From Phoronis australis (lineage: Eukaryota; Animalia; Phoronida): DNA of 64,000 nucleotides. The stretch's first letter is position 1. Each line of letters starts with the position of its first letter. The DNA is taken from assembly GCA_002633005.1 (NCBI GenBank), contig NMRA01000001.1:2711695-2775694 (forward strand). Direction: 5' to 3'. The position numbers and the translations under genes were made by a program. This document shows, piece by piece, positions 53,202 through 64,000 of this stretch. The notes beneath the pieces are model-generated. The model was given only the letters and a program-made list of their open reading frames with translations, searched no databases and had not been told where the DNA came from.

Positions 53202-54428
53202 CACAGGCGTCTTCACTCAGCTTCTGTCTGATCGTCCCCAATACACTATATAATACTACAAGGTATGACACTCCCGATTAAAAATTCCACGGGTGCTTCA
53301 CTTCAGCCATCCATAGCAAACACGAAACTCAATAAATTTACACAAAACAGGTTCAACAAACCATGAGGAATTGTTCTTTCTCCCAATAGTCGCAATACCA
53401 CGGTGTCCGGCTTCAGCCAGTTCACTAGAAATTCGCGGTCAAAGCACAAAAATCTTCCCAAAAAGCCCGTCAGGAGCAACTCCCCTGTTAATCGAAGGTC
53501 TAGGACGATACAGAAGTATCCGATGAGTTACGGATGAACGGCAGTTGCCGATTTGTCACGATTTCGCAACTTACCGTGACAAATCGGCAACTGCCGTTCA
53601 TCTGTAAGTCATCGGATAATTCTGTATCATCCTTGACCTTCGATTAACAGTGGAGTTGCTCCGGATGGGCTTTTTGGGAAGATTTTGTTTGTGTTTTGAC
53701 CGCGAATTTCTTGCGAACTGGGTGTAAAAGCAGGACACCATAAATTGTACTGGGAAAAAGATCAATTCCTCGTGGTTTGATGAAACTCTGTTTTGTATAA
53801 ATTTATTGAGTTTTGTGTTTGCTATGGACTGCTGAAGGGAAGCACCCGTGAAATTTCTAGTCGGGAGTAGCATACCTTGTAGTATTTTTAGTGTATTGGC
53901 AGGGCTTGGAATTTTCCGCGGAAACGCGGATTTCCGCTTTTTTCAAATGTTCTATCCGCGCATTTTATTATATTTCCGCGTAAAAACAATCGGATTTGAT
54001 ATAAAATTTCCGCGGCAAATTCCTTTCTTACCGCTGTGTTGCAGACGACGTTCACCTCAAAAAGCGGAAGTTGCTCTTTATGTTTCGGAGGAACGTAAAT
54101 TGTCAACATTGCCGGGGCATCTGGGATAGCGTGGTGGGATTTTCAATGGCGTCTCGTGTTCTTGTAAACCGCGGCGACAAATACTACGGCTCTGCAGCCA
54201 AAAATGTGTGGGTTGGGAGTGAACGGACGAGCTAAAAGGACGCAGACGCATGGTACTGATGGTGGTAACCTTTTTTTTTAGTCCTCCCGATTTTTGTCGG
54301 GGAAAGGTTCACACCGACCATTTCAAGGCTGGGTAGCGCGCATGATTTGGGCCATAAAAGTTTCCGCGTTTTTGTCATTGGTCATTCCAAGCCCTGATTG
54401 GGGACGATCAGAAGCTGAGGACGCCTGT
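53202..54428. repeat. Long foldback (arms ~350 bp, centre ~53567), right arm interrupted by a TIR insertion
   Basis: 53202-53560 is the imperfect reverse complement of 53575-53899 plus 54402-54428. Confidence 0.88.
53900..54396. mobile_element. TIR element with 5-bp TSD (hAT5-like)
   Basis: Perfect 13-bp TIR CAGGGCTTGGAAT / ATTCCAAGCCCTG. ATTGG duplicated at 53895-53899 and 54397-54401. Confidence 0.85.
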
Positions 54429-55030
54429 GATCCAGTCATTGACAAATGGTGTGGACCTTCATTGACAAAAATAGTTTTTAATTTTGGGGAAAATCTGAGA
54501 AAGTAGATGAGTTTTTATAAAGGTATTAAATCATGCGATTGTTAATGGAAAGCCCTGATCTTGCTTTCAAGTTTTTTGCTGAAGTAAATGTGCATTTTTA
54601 AGTGAGTTTTAAGTGTGAAATGTAATTTTGATGAGGTGAAACACTTTCAATCAGTGAGCACCGAGCGGATTTGTCTTACCACCAAACTAATTGAGTAATT
54701 GAAAATGTGTAACACCATTTTCATGGTGAATTTTTCTGTTTAAAAGGGCCCCAATAAGATTGACTTGGGGATTATTTTGCTATGAATGTACCTAATGAAC
54801 TTGTGACTTATAAAGGTAGTACCATAACAATAATAATCATTACACATGAATACAAAATATTTTTATGTAATCCCTGCTGTTTTTTCTTTCAAACAATATA
54901 TAGTTGACACAGCGTAGTTTTTCTGGTAATCGGCTTTTAATTGACATTTGTCAATAAGGTCCTATATAACCTTGATTTAAATGTTTTAAATAGTTTCATT
55001 GTCGCTTACATATAGATTATTACGTGGCGA

Positions 55031-55235
55031 AGTCGAGAAAGGTAGATCGATTCATTGCAATGTTTCTCGTTCAGTATGTGGTATAAATAGATTATTACAT
55101 GTTGTCAGTCGTTAATTCTACAAAATCCATGAGGGCTCTAGATAAGGGGGATAACGACTGAGAACATGTAATAATCTATTTATACCACATACTGAACGAG
55201 AAACATTGCAATAAATCGATCTACCTTTCTCGACT
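55031..55235. repeat. Near-perfect inverted repeat, ~72-bp arms with ~60-bp spacer
   Basis: AGTCGAGAAAGGTAGATCGATT..ATTACATGTT / AACATGTAAT..ATCGATCTACCTTTCTCGACT. Confidence 0.85.
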
Positions 55236-55727
55236 CGCCTCGGCTTTGCAACTACTTTGTATGTCAGAGGCCCAGGGTCGGAGGTCGTGACCTTTTAAGA
55301 AAAGCCGAGATATTTTTGTAAAATAATGCTTTTACTCAAAACGAATTGAAAAATAAAACAAAATAGAAATAAAGTGAATTTATAAATTAAGGTTTAGCAA
55401 CTGTTATAGCTTACTACACATTTTATCACGCTAAGCTTTGACCGGGAATATATCGTCTGCTAAAGTAGGTTACCACTAGTAAGTGACTATAATGCTCAAG
55501 TCAAAGGATCCCGACCACACGACACCTGCATTCAAATTGGAGATTGGTGATTAACAAGTGAGAGAACCCGAGAGAGAAATTTCACTGAATTAAAATATTG
55601 TTTTTATGGAAATTATCCGTCTTATTTTTCATAGCGTATAATTGTCGGTGCAATGCGCTTTGCTGAACATGCGATTGTTGCGTGTGCTCATTTAAGTATT
55701 CTATTTTCACGTTCGATGACGTCAGCC

Positions 55728-55800
55728 ACTGAGTGTTGTAGTGGTAAAGTCGACGACTCGCAACTGTTGAGGCTTGGGTTCGAATCAGGCCTCGGTTTCC
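55728..55800 (+). other. tRNA-derived (SINE-head-like) relic
   Basis: TGTAGTGGTAA A-box and GGTTCGAATC B-box at tRNA-like spacing; stems degenerate. Confidence 0.5.
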
Positions 55801-56087
55801 CGCCAAAATGTTATCTAACCAGTGAGATTACTTTATGGGTTATTAGACGGTTGTATCTGCCATTCGAGGCTAATATTGTGGTATAATAAAACTTATGTTA
55901 ATGTTATCTTGTATATCCAAAAACTCAACTTAAAGTGAGAATCCTCTAGCTACTTGATATCCTCTCTTTTTACATGCAGTCCAGTATTCTAAGAAAATCA
56001 TTTTCCCAAGAAATCTCATCGTACCCTGCTCCCCATGTTTGCCTCCGATTGAGTTCGCTTACATTTTAGGTACGTTAGAATCTCAGT

Positions 56088-56219
56088 ATGGTTAAAGAAA
56101 CAAAGTATTATGATGTTCTCGGAGTGTCACCCGATGCCACTGATGATCAGCTGAAGAAGGCCTACAGAAAGTTAGCTCTCAAATATCACCCTGACAAGAA
56201 CCCTGAAGCTGGCGATAAG
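56088..56219 (+). CDS. DNAJA1: DnaJ/Hsp40 type I coding exon 1, J-domain ([26 protein letters not shown])
   Basis: J-domain with HPD motif; MVKET start typical of DNAJA1/4. Ends at the non-canonical donor AAG|GCATGT. Confidence 0.93.
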
Positions 56220-57555
56220 GCATGTTAACTTAATGTTGTGCAGATGTCAATAAAAGTCATAGATTATTTTAATTTGTTTGGTATATACGATGGGTGGGTA
56301 TGTTCTTTTCTACCCAGAGTAAAAAGAACCTAACCACTTATTGTCTGTAAAAGTGTTCTGCATCACACTACTCTATTTTTATAGGGTTTTCAGAGCATTG
56401 GTTTTTAAAGCCTGCGTGTACTTGCCCATTTTCATTATCAAGAACACTAACTTGTAAATCTGATGTCATATACTACTGTACAGTCGGTCTCAATTTTTAT
56501 CTTACGTGTTGTTGCTTCTGAAGATTACATTAAAATAGTTGGAGTTTTATGTACCAAAAAGGAAACATCCAGAGTCATGACTGGTAGATGGAGTCATACG
56601 AACAAGTCAAAGGAGTTCTCTTGAGTAAAAATGCAGATAGATCCGTGGTTATTTTGGACTTAATTTTGTCGTTGTGGTTACTGTTCCCCTATCCACGGGG
56701 ACAATTGAATGTGACATAGATGTTCTGTTAAAATGCCCTCGCATTGCGTACTGAATGCATTTTGTTGCTCATTTGTGTTTGTTCAATGGAAGTGAATGCA
56801 GAACTAAAATGTGAGCCTTTTGCAGAGCCGTTTATCTTACTTCTTATTGCTCGTTGGGAGTAAATACATCTTAAAAGAGTTGTAATTAACGCAGAAAAAT
56901 TTCTGTTTAACAGTTCCTTTCTTTTTCTTGAACTTAAACACCTGTAAATTTGGTTCCTACAGTATGTTAAGAGCATTGCTCTGAGCCCACTAGTGCCATA
57001 AATTTTTGCCAGATGTAACGATTTGTTATGCGTATTGGCTTGCTTTTGTGTACCTCACCAGCAAGAATTGCCTATTAATTCAAACAGCTTCGAATAATAG
57101 AATAACACCGGAAATGGTATATGGTATTCTATTGAGACCCCTATTCAATACAACTTACAAGTCTCATCGGCCTTTTGTTGTTTGTGTTGGGATCTGGGGG
57201 GATGACGCAACAGTGCACAAAAGGTAGCTCTCCTATCATTTGATAGGCTTACATTTGCGTGATTGAACTCGCATTTTCTTATTTTACTAAGGCAACTATA
57301 TGGTTAGCCCAATACATCTAAAATAACTAAATTCCGTTGAAGTTCGGCTTGAAGCCGTCTCCCGGTCATAGTATGTTTTATTCCAAGTTATAGTATTAAA
57401 ATTGAGTTTCATTGGCAACATGAGAACAGAAACCTAGAGTTTATTTGTTGTCATATTCTGAACTTACTCTAGGTGGTGCTTATGGTTCGAATAAAATGAA
57501 TTTATAGTCTTAGTACTCTTGTTATAACACACTGTTTTCATTCATTTACCTGCAG

Positions 57556-57847
57556 TTCAAGGAAATCTCCCAGTGCTATGAAGTACTGTCTGATTCAAAA
57601 AAGCGCAAGATCTATGACCAGGGTGGGGAAGAGGCGATTAAAGAAGGTGGCACCGGGGGTGGCGGCATGTTCCACAACCCCATGGACATATTCGACATGT
57701 TCTTCGGGGGTGGGGGCGGGCGGCATAGAGGACCGCGCAAGGGTAAAGACATGATACACCAGATGGGTGTAACCCTGGAAGACCTGTATAATGGAGTAAC
57801 TAGGAAACTGTCCCTACAGAAAAATGTGATCTGTACAAAGTGCAATG
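57556..57847 (+). CDS. DNAJA1: DNAJA1 coding exon 2 ([15 protein letters not shown]-rich [16 protein letters not shown])
   Basis: Acceptor tgcag, donor G|gtaggt. End of J-domain, G/F region and first CxxCxG repeat. Confidence 0.95.
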
Positions 57848-58699
57848 GTAGGTGAAGGGCTGACACAGCCGCGAAACGGGTTCAGTAAAATCTTACCAGT
57901 TGATGACGCAATGGGGTGGAAATTTTGTTTCTTTATTTTTTCACAAAAATGTAATTAACACCAAATATTAAAATGCTTTCATTATTTTTGATTTTTTGTG
58001 GCTGCCATTAGGCAATGTTTTGAGAAATTCTGTTCAATTAGTACATCAGAAGTCTTTGAAAACTGGCAATAGGCGAATTTTTGTAATTATTTTTGTCCGA
58101 AATTGGTGTGATTTTACCGTACGTCAGTTTTGTCTAAGTCCTTTTATCCCTTGTTGAAAGGGATATAGTTATTCCAGGCGTCATTCGTGTGTCCGTGTTT
58201 CTGTCCCTCCGTATGTGTAGCGATAGGTTCTGTGCTCAACTATATTTCTTATCTGATGTGGACCAAATTTTCGAAAAGCTTACGAATTGCCGTAGTGCAT
58301 ATCGGCGTTTTGGTGTATTTCCTTAAATCATGGCCCGTTCTCGTTTTTCAGAGAATTCATCATCGTGAAGTGTCCTAGCCCATATTATTGTCAGTGTTTT
58401 GGGATTCAATATTTTCTTTTAATTATGGCGCATTCTTGATTTTTGTGTATGCATGTAGGGAAGTGATGTTCTTCGCAACTCCTATACATTTCTTATCAGA
58501 TTTTGATCGGAAGTACTGAGAGTGTATCATTATTTACTATTCTAGCGTTGGTGTTTTGCATTTCCACCGTATTTTCTTGAATTAGGCTAGTTCTAGTTTT
58601 GCGTTCAAGGAAACATTCTTCTGTGCATGAACTCCAACAAATCATCTGGTGGTGTATATTACTGTCTGTGACTGCCTTGTTGAATTACAGTGACCAACC

Positions 58700-59330
58700 T
58701 TTTCATGCGCATATGTGAATGTTTATTTCCGTCATCTCTGGGCATCTGCCATCTGTTTTTCCTAAACTACATGCAGGATCTTAAGAAGATTCAACAGATG
58801 TCTTCCTAAGAAAGTGGCGACAGATGGTGATGAGTTTCGGACAAATACGACTACTGCTGTGCCCCCTACCGGCAATCTTAGTTTTTACATTTAAGCTTCT
58901 GTTGTCTCTAAGTGCCTTGATGGTTTTTAACGAAATTTAGCAAATAGGTTGTTGTTATGGTGACAATGACGTCTCCTCATTTTCGAACGGTTTTGACATT
59001 TTGCATAACCTAATGGGCATTTCTATATTTTTTTAAGTCTGTTTTTGGCATCCGCCTCTCTGTCTAGCAAAGTGGTGGAAGGATCATTATGAAAATTGTC
59101 AGACGTGTTCCTGCCGTGAAGACTACTATAAGGATTGTTTTGTGGAGGAATTTGAGTATTGTAGCGCCTCCTGGTGGCAATTTCGTGTCATGCATCCGTG
59201 GCTGTATATTGTTATTTCTTTATAGGATATAAATTTATGAAATTCAACAATTGTTTTCATATCAATGTGACAACGATTTTCACACAAATTGGACTACTGC
59301 TTTGCACCCTAGTGGCAACAAAGACATACC
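58700..59330 (+). repeat. Diverged copy of the HINE-like family
   Basis: ATGCGCATAT..CCGTCATCTCTG start followed by degraded monomers (GCCCCCTACCGGCAA, GCGCCTCCTGGTGGCAA). Confidence 0.65.
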
Positions 59331-59649
59331 TCTACCATATTCCTTTTGGCCTTATCAGACTTTGCTTAGCAATGATCATGTTCAGATGTCATTCATAGAT
59401 CTTCAAGAATACACACTGGAGAGTTTTGGCATCTTGAAGGTGAGGTTGCCCCAATTGACTTACCATCGAAGTTTGCTGTTGAAACACTGTGGGAAAGTCT
59501 TCGTTATCAAGTGAGGACGAAGAAGACTTTCATGTTTTTCAAAATCAATTTCTGATTTGAGTATTATGCCTGATGTTGCCCACTGTGCCTGGTATCTGTA
59601 AATTAGGAATCAAAAACATGTTCTCTTGATCAAGAAGACTCCTCACTGA

Positions 59650-60727
59650 TTTTTATGCGCCCACATATTTATATGTGGACGCATTATGCCGTCATCTCTG
59701 TCCGTCCGTCCGGGCGGCGTCCGTCCGACGTCCGCTGCTCTATCTCCAAAACGCTTTGACATACGTTCATGAAATTTGGCACATATGTTCCATTCATGAA
59801 TGGGACGGCATGTGCGAACTTTCGGACGGATCCGACTACCGGTGTGCCCCCTAGTGGCAATTTTAGTTTTTTTACGCTTACCTTTGTATCTTCACAAGTC
59901 CTTATTGGATTTTCATGAAATTTGGTATGTAGGCACCTGTTAGTGAGATGACGCTATCCTCTCATTTTCAGATGGATTCGACATAGTTTGCGCCACCTAG
60001 TGGCCATTTTTAGTGTTTTCGAGTCTGAATTTTTGCGTCCACCCCTCCATCAACCAAACCGCTCAAAGGATGATTGTGAAAATTGGCGTGTATGTGCTTA
60101 CTATAAGGAAGACAGCTGACAATGATTTTCAGATGATTTAGACTACTGTGGCGCCTCCTAGTGGTAGTTTTGTTTTTTTTGCGCCCTTGGCTGTATCTCC
60201 CAAACCGTTTGCAGGATCTTTACTAAATTTAGCAAGTGTATTTATGTGATGTTGACAATGGACGATGACGACTTTAGGATGATTCTGACTACCGGTATTC
60301 CTCTAGTGGCAATTTTAGTATTTGCCTCTAGTGGCAATTTTAGTATTTTACATTGACCTCTGTATTTTCTTCAGGTGTGTACTTTGTGTTACTTCGTGAC
60401 TATGAAGGAAAAGTTCCAACTAGAAATTTGTTTCTGGCATTCTAATGCTGTGCTAATCTCGTATGTTGGTAAATTTGTTTTTAATTCTATGTTTCGGTGG
60501 TGCTTTAAGCAACTGGTGTATAGGATGTGCTTGTATTATGAAGATTACTCACATTTTGCCCCTAGCCTATTGAGGAGACAAGGACCATGCCTTTCCATTT
60601 TGCAAAGTACAACATACTACATATATGCCCTCTACTGGCCACTTTATGGTACCAATAAACAACCCTAGAAGGATACCGTATGCGGTGCAATTATCGGCGC
60701 ATTTCAACGCTCTGCGTTGCTCTTGTT
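59650..60727 (+). mobile_element. Same HINE-like family, copy in a DNAJA1 intron with one fewer ~450-bp unit
   Basis: Reverse complement of 41089-42585 with the same termini and very high similarity. Confidence 0.85.
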
Positions 60728-60834
60728 AGGAAAGTTGTCGAGTTTCACAAATGTGCCGTTAACCATGGATCTCGTCAAGTTTTTGTTTTCAAAATGTGTA
60801 ACCTGTTTATCCGATTCATCTGTCTCTCCTACAG

Positions 60835-61062
60835 GCATCGGTGGCAAAGAAGGCTGTGTCAAGAAATGCCCGGCATGCCAGGGTCACGGGGCCACCATGC
60901 ACATACAGCGTATCGGACCCGGCATGGTGCAACAGATACAGCGTCCGTGTGCCGAGTGCCGCACCGAGGGCGAGATCATTGACCCCAAACACCGGTGTAA
61001 GACATGCAGTGGACGCAAGATTGTGCGTGAACGCAAGGTGCTGGAGGTACACATAAATAAAG
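60835..61062 (+). CDS. DNAJA1: DNAJA1 coding exon 3, zinc-finger region ([29 protein letters not shown])
   Basis: Acceptor ctcctacag, donor G|gtgagt. CxxC repeats and [10 protein letters not shown] motif. Confidence 0.95.
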
Positions 61063-61679
61063 GTGAGTGTAGTTTTGGTGATGGTTGTACTTCTGTCCCG
61101 TGTCAGTGGACAGATTTCACCTTTGCTTTTTTTACTGTTACATGAAAAAGTCCCATTTCTCATCATCTAACCAAGAACCCCTCCGTTTGTCATGTTACAT
61201 ATCATCAACTTTTGAATGAGCACCTTCGATGCTGGAATTGGTGAGCCTGGATATAGAGGTGTTGGTGGTTAACGCCGAGATGGACACTCGAATCAGAAAT
61301 TTCAAGAAATTGGGGGTGAGCCGTTGCGAGCACAAAAGCTAATTCGTTGCTTTATACCTGGCATAAGTATTCATGTAGCTAAGTATGGAACCTGAATGAG
61401 GAGAAAATACAGGTGAAAAAGTACTGTGGCACTTTTCCCGTTCTGTGACCTTCAGGTCGCAGTGATATTTCTGGAATGTAAAAAATGCCATTTTAGTTCC
61501 TTATTGAAACAGTTTTGATATTTTAAGGTGTTTTTGAAAATTTTTGCCATTATATCCTTCAAGAACTTATCCTGCCATTATGTTGTAGGGAAAATTCTTG
61601 TCTACTCCATAGTTGTCACAGATTACCCAAGCCTATAAAGCCACCCTTTTCATGCTTTATATGTCTCTCTTTCTCTCAG

Positions 61680-61910
61680 GCTCTAAGGATGGACAACAGA
61701 TCAAGTTTCATGGAGAGGGTGACCAAGAGCCTGGCATTGAGCCTGGCGACATCATCATTGTGCTGGACGAGAAGGAACACTCTGTGTTCCGACGAAGCGG
61801 TGTTGACCTCTTCATTAACATGGAGATTGACCTCGTTGAGGCGCTCTGTGGTTTCCAAAAGATTATTGAGACACTCGACAACAGGAAGTTAGTCGTCACT
61901 TCAGACCCTG
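61680..61910 (+). CDS. DNAJA1: DNAJA1 coding exon 4 ([35 protein letters not shown]..)
   Basis: Pyrimidine-rich acceptor ttctctcag, donor G|gtatgt. DnaJ C-terminal domain motifs. Confidence 0.95.
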
Positions 61911-62608
61911 GTATGTGAATTTGTGTCAGGTTTAGTTAATACAGGAAACTCAATGTTAACTAAGGAATGCTAACCTTATGTGTTCAGAGGGAACGATAAT
62001 AGGAAGGTGTTTACCAATGTGGAGTCCTTTCTGGGCCAGAGCTGTGTGGATGCAATTATGCTGCTAGGAATTTTCTGGTTTGGATGCATTTGGTGTAAGT
62101 CTCAAGGTCTCATTTTCGCACGATTTCTAAAATAGCTGCTCGAGTCTACTTCTGGCTGTTGCATTATTTATGTTTTTGGATAGTTTCTTTGAAATCGCCA
62201 GGGTGCTATGAAAACTTAACTTTTCTAACAATGTTGTTAACATTCACACTGAGTGTTTTTATTCAGGTTTCACTAAGCATCACTTGTACTATTTCTAGAG
62301 GTTATAGTGGAGTATGTTTCTCATTTGTTAACTCTGTTTTGAATATTTAATTGGGGCTAAGTTTTGGAGTATTTGAAAGACAAAAATGCCGTTTTCCAAG
62401 ATAATTATGCTTTTTGATACCCGTTTTCAAACAATCTTAACATGAATGGTTGGCGGTTGTTCTATTTTTCATGTTTTGTGATTAAATATATTTAAAAGAC
62501 ATTTTTGCTAATTGACCAGCTTCAAATCTGCTGTGCATTGTTAAGACTTGCGGCATTTTCAAGTTACAGGATACCTTGATCTAATTGTGTAAAATTTTGC
62601 TGTTACAG

Positions 62609-62931
62609 GTGAGGTTATTAAACACGATGAAGTCAAATGCATACTTGACGAGGGGATGCCTCTTCCTCGTAATCCTGTTCACAGGGGACGATTAATCATA
62701 AAATTTACTGTCAAATTCCCGGCAGCAGGCTTTCTTCCCATGGAGAAACTCGCTGAAATTGAAAAACTGTTACCAGCCCGACAGGAAGTGCTTGTGCCTG
62801 ACTGTGCCGAGGAAGTCAATTTAGAACCTTACGATTCGACTGCAGCATCTCGGAATCGAAGAGAGGCTTACGATGATGACGATGATGACGAACATAGTGG
62901 GCACCAGAGGGTGCAGTGTGCATCGCAGTGA
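62609..62931 (+). CDS. DNAJA1: DNAJA1 last coding exon (GEVIKH..EGMP..RVQCASQ*)
   Basis: Acceptor ttacag, EGMP motif, CaaX prenylation box CASQ. Exons total 1206 nt (401 aa plus stop). Candidate AATAAA at 63410. Confidence 0.95.
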
Positions 62932-64000
62932 TGTCGTCTGAAAATAGGTGGTTTCATTCCTGTATTATTACCATCAATGTATTGATCACGTGATTATTTT
63001 TTGTTTCCGTGTACAAGATCATTGCCAGTTAGGTGGTCTTCCTCTGGACTTTTGCAAAAGCTTGAGGGTTCAACAAAATGATAGCGCGTATTGCACACCT
63101 TCTTGCACCTGTACTCTTTTATTTGTCTATTGGTATTTGTGTACCTGTAAGTTAACCTTTACTACTGAATTGTTTTTTATGCTCGACAAAAAAGCGTGAG
63201 TGTGATCTACACTGCTCCCGATGCAGAGTGAGTGATGAGTTTCTAATACCTAAATATTGATAAGAGTTAAAAATGCTCAGTTTTATACAAAACATGTCCA
63301 GACCAATTTAAGAATGGACTCTTGACAAGTTGCCTTTTTCAGAACTTTATTTAGTGCCTAAACTGCTTTTGGTGTCAACTGTACCATATCGGTCTGAATT
63401 TTGGAAGTCAATAAACATGGGTTCTCCACTATTGCGACAAAAGGCAGATTCATTTGAAAAATAAACTTTTGGCTCAGAATGGAGGTTATGTGTGATTGTG
63501 GTCATGGTAACCACCCTTCCTAAAAAAACTGGCACTGAGAACCCACTTGCTGCGATGTCACCCATTCAGACGCAACAGCGAGTGTGACTCAAAATATACA
63601 CATTTAGAAAATAAAGTTACTTCAAATGGTGCTTCAGAAATGTGTTTGGTGTCTATTTGCAACTAGGCTAATGTTTAAGTAAATACAGTTCAATGAGACA
63701 ATTATTTATTTATCTGAACTATGTACAGAAGAATGATAAGAGTACCAAACAGCTTTAGTGACCAGCCACTAAACTGCTGTAGCATGCTTTTTAATGCAGG
63801 TAAACTGCTCTCAGAAAACATTATTTTTAGCCCTGGTATTGTAGTATTTTTGGTTACCATGACGTCTTTACATAGTACATTTTATTTACTTGGACATGAT
63901 TGGGTCTGCCCAGATGTCAGACTGTGTGCAAGTCCCTGAATATTTTTTTTAATATTGTCACTGCCCTATACCAAAGATAATGATTAATGGGGGTTTATCT

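Noticed and set aside
55728-55800. Functional tRNA genes here and at 52035-52112
   Set aside because: A and B boxes are present, but acceptor and anticodon stems do not pair convincingly.
63347-63565. 72-aa minus-strand ORF as a convergent gene end
   Set aside because: In-frame stop right before the ATG, no clear acceptor, no recognisable similarity; overlaps the probable DNAJA1 3' UTR.

Overview
Eukaryotic, AT-rich, intron-rich animal DNA, probably from an invertebrate; the species cannot be fixed from the sequence alone. Two spliced genes lie head-to-head. CEP78 is on the minus strand: 10 coding exons traced from ATG 47961 to 1083, continuing off the left edge, with a 36.7 kb intron. A complete type I Hsp40 (DNAJA1-like) is on the plus strand: 5 coding exons, 56088-62931, 401 aa, one GC-AG intron, CaaX end. 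They appear to share a short promoter near 52.5-52.95 kb that carries a perfect heat-shock element and a CRE. A 270-aa single-pass membrane protein gene that I do not recognise is nested antisense in the large CEP78 intron. The introns are full of non-autonomous DNA elements (hAT, TA-flanked Tc1/mariner-like, Harbinger-like, foldbacks). They also carry a Helentron-associated (HINE/DINE-like) family whose ~150-bp internal monomers each hold a CTCF-consensus motif. Bases 1-448 duplicate 1266-1713 next to an N and are probably an assembly artefact. All exon boundaries were read by hand; repeat ends are approximate unless a TSD is given.
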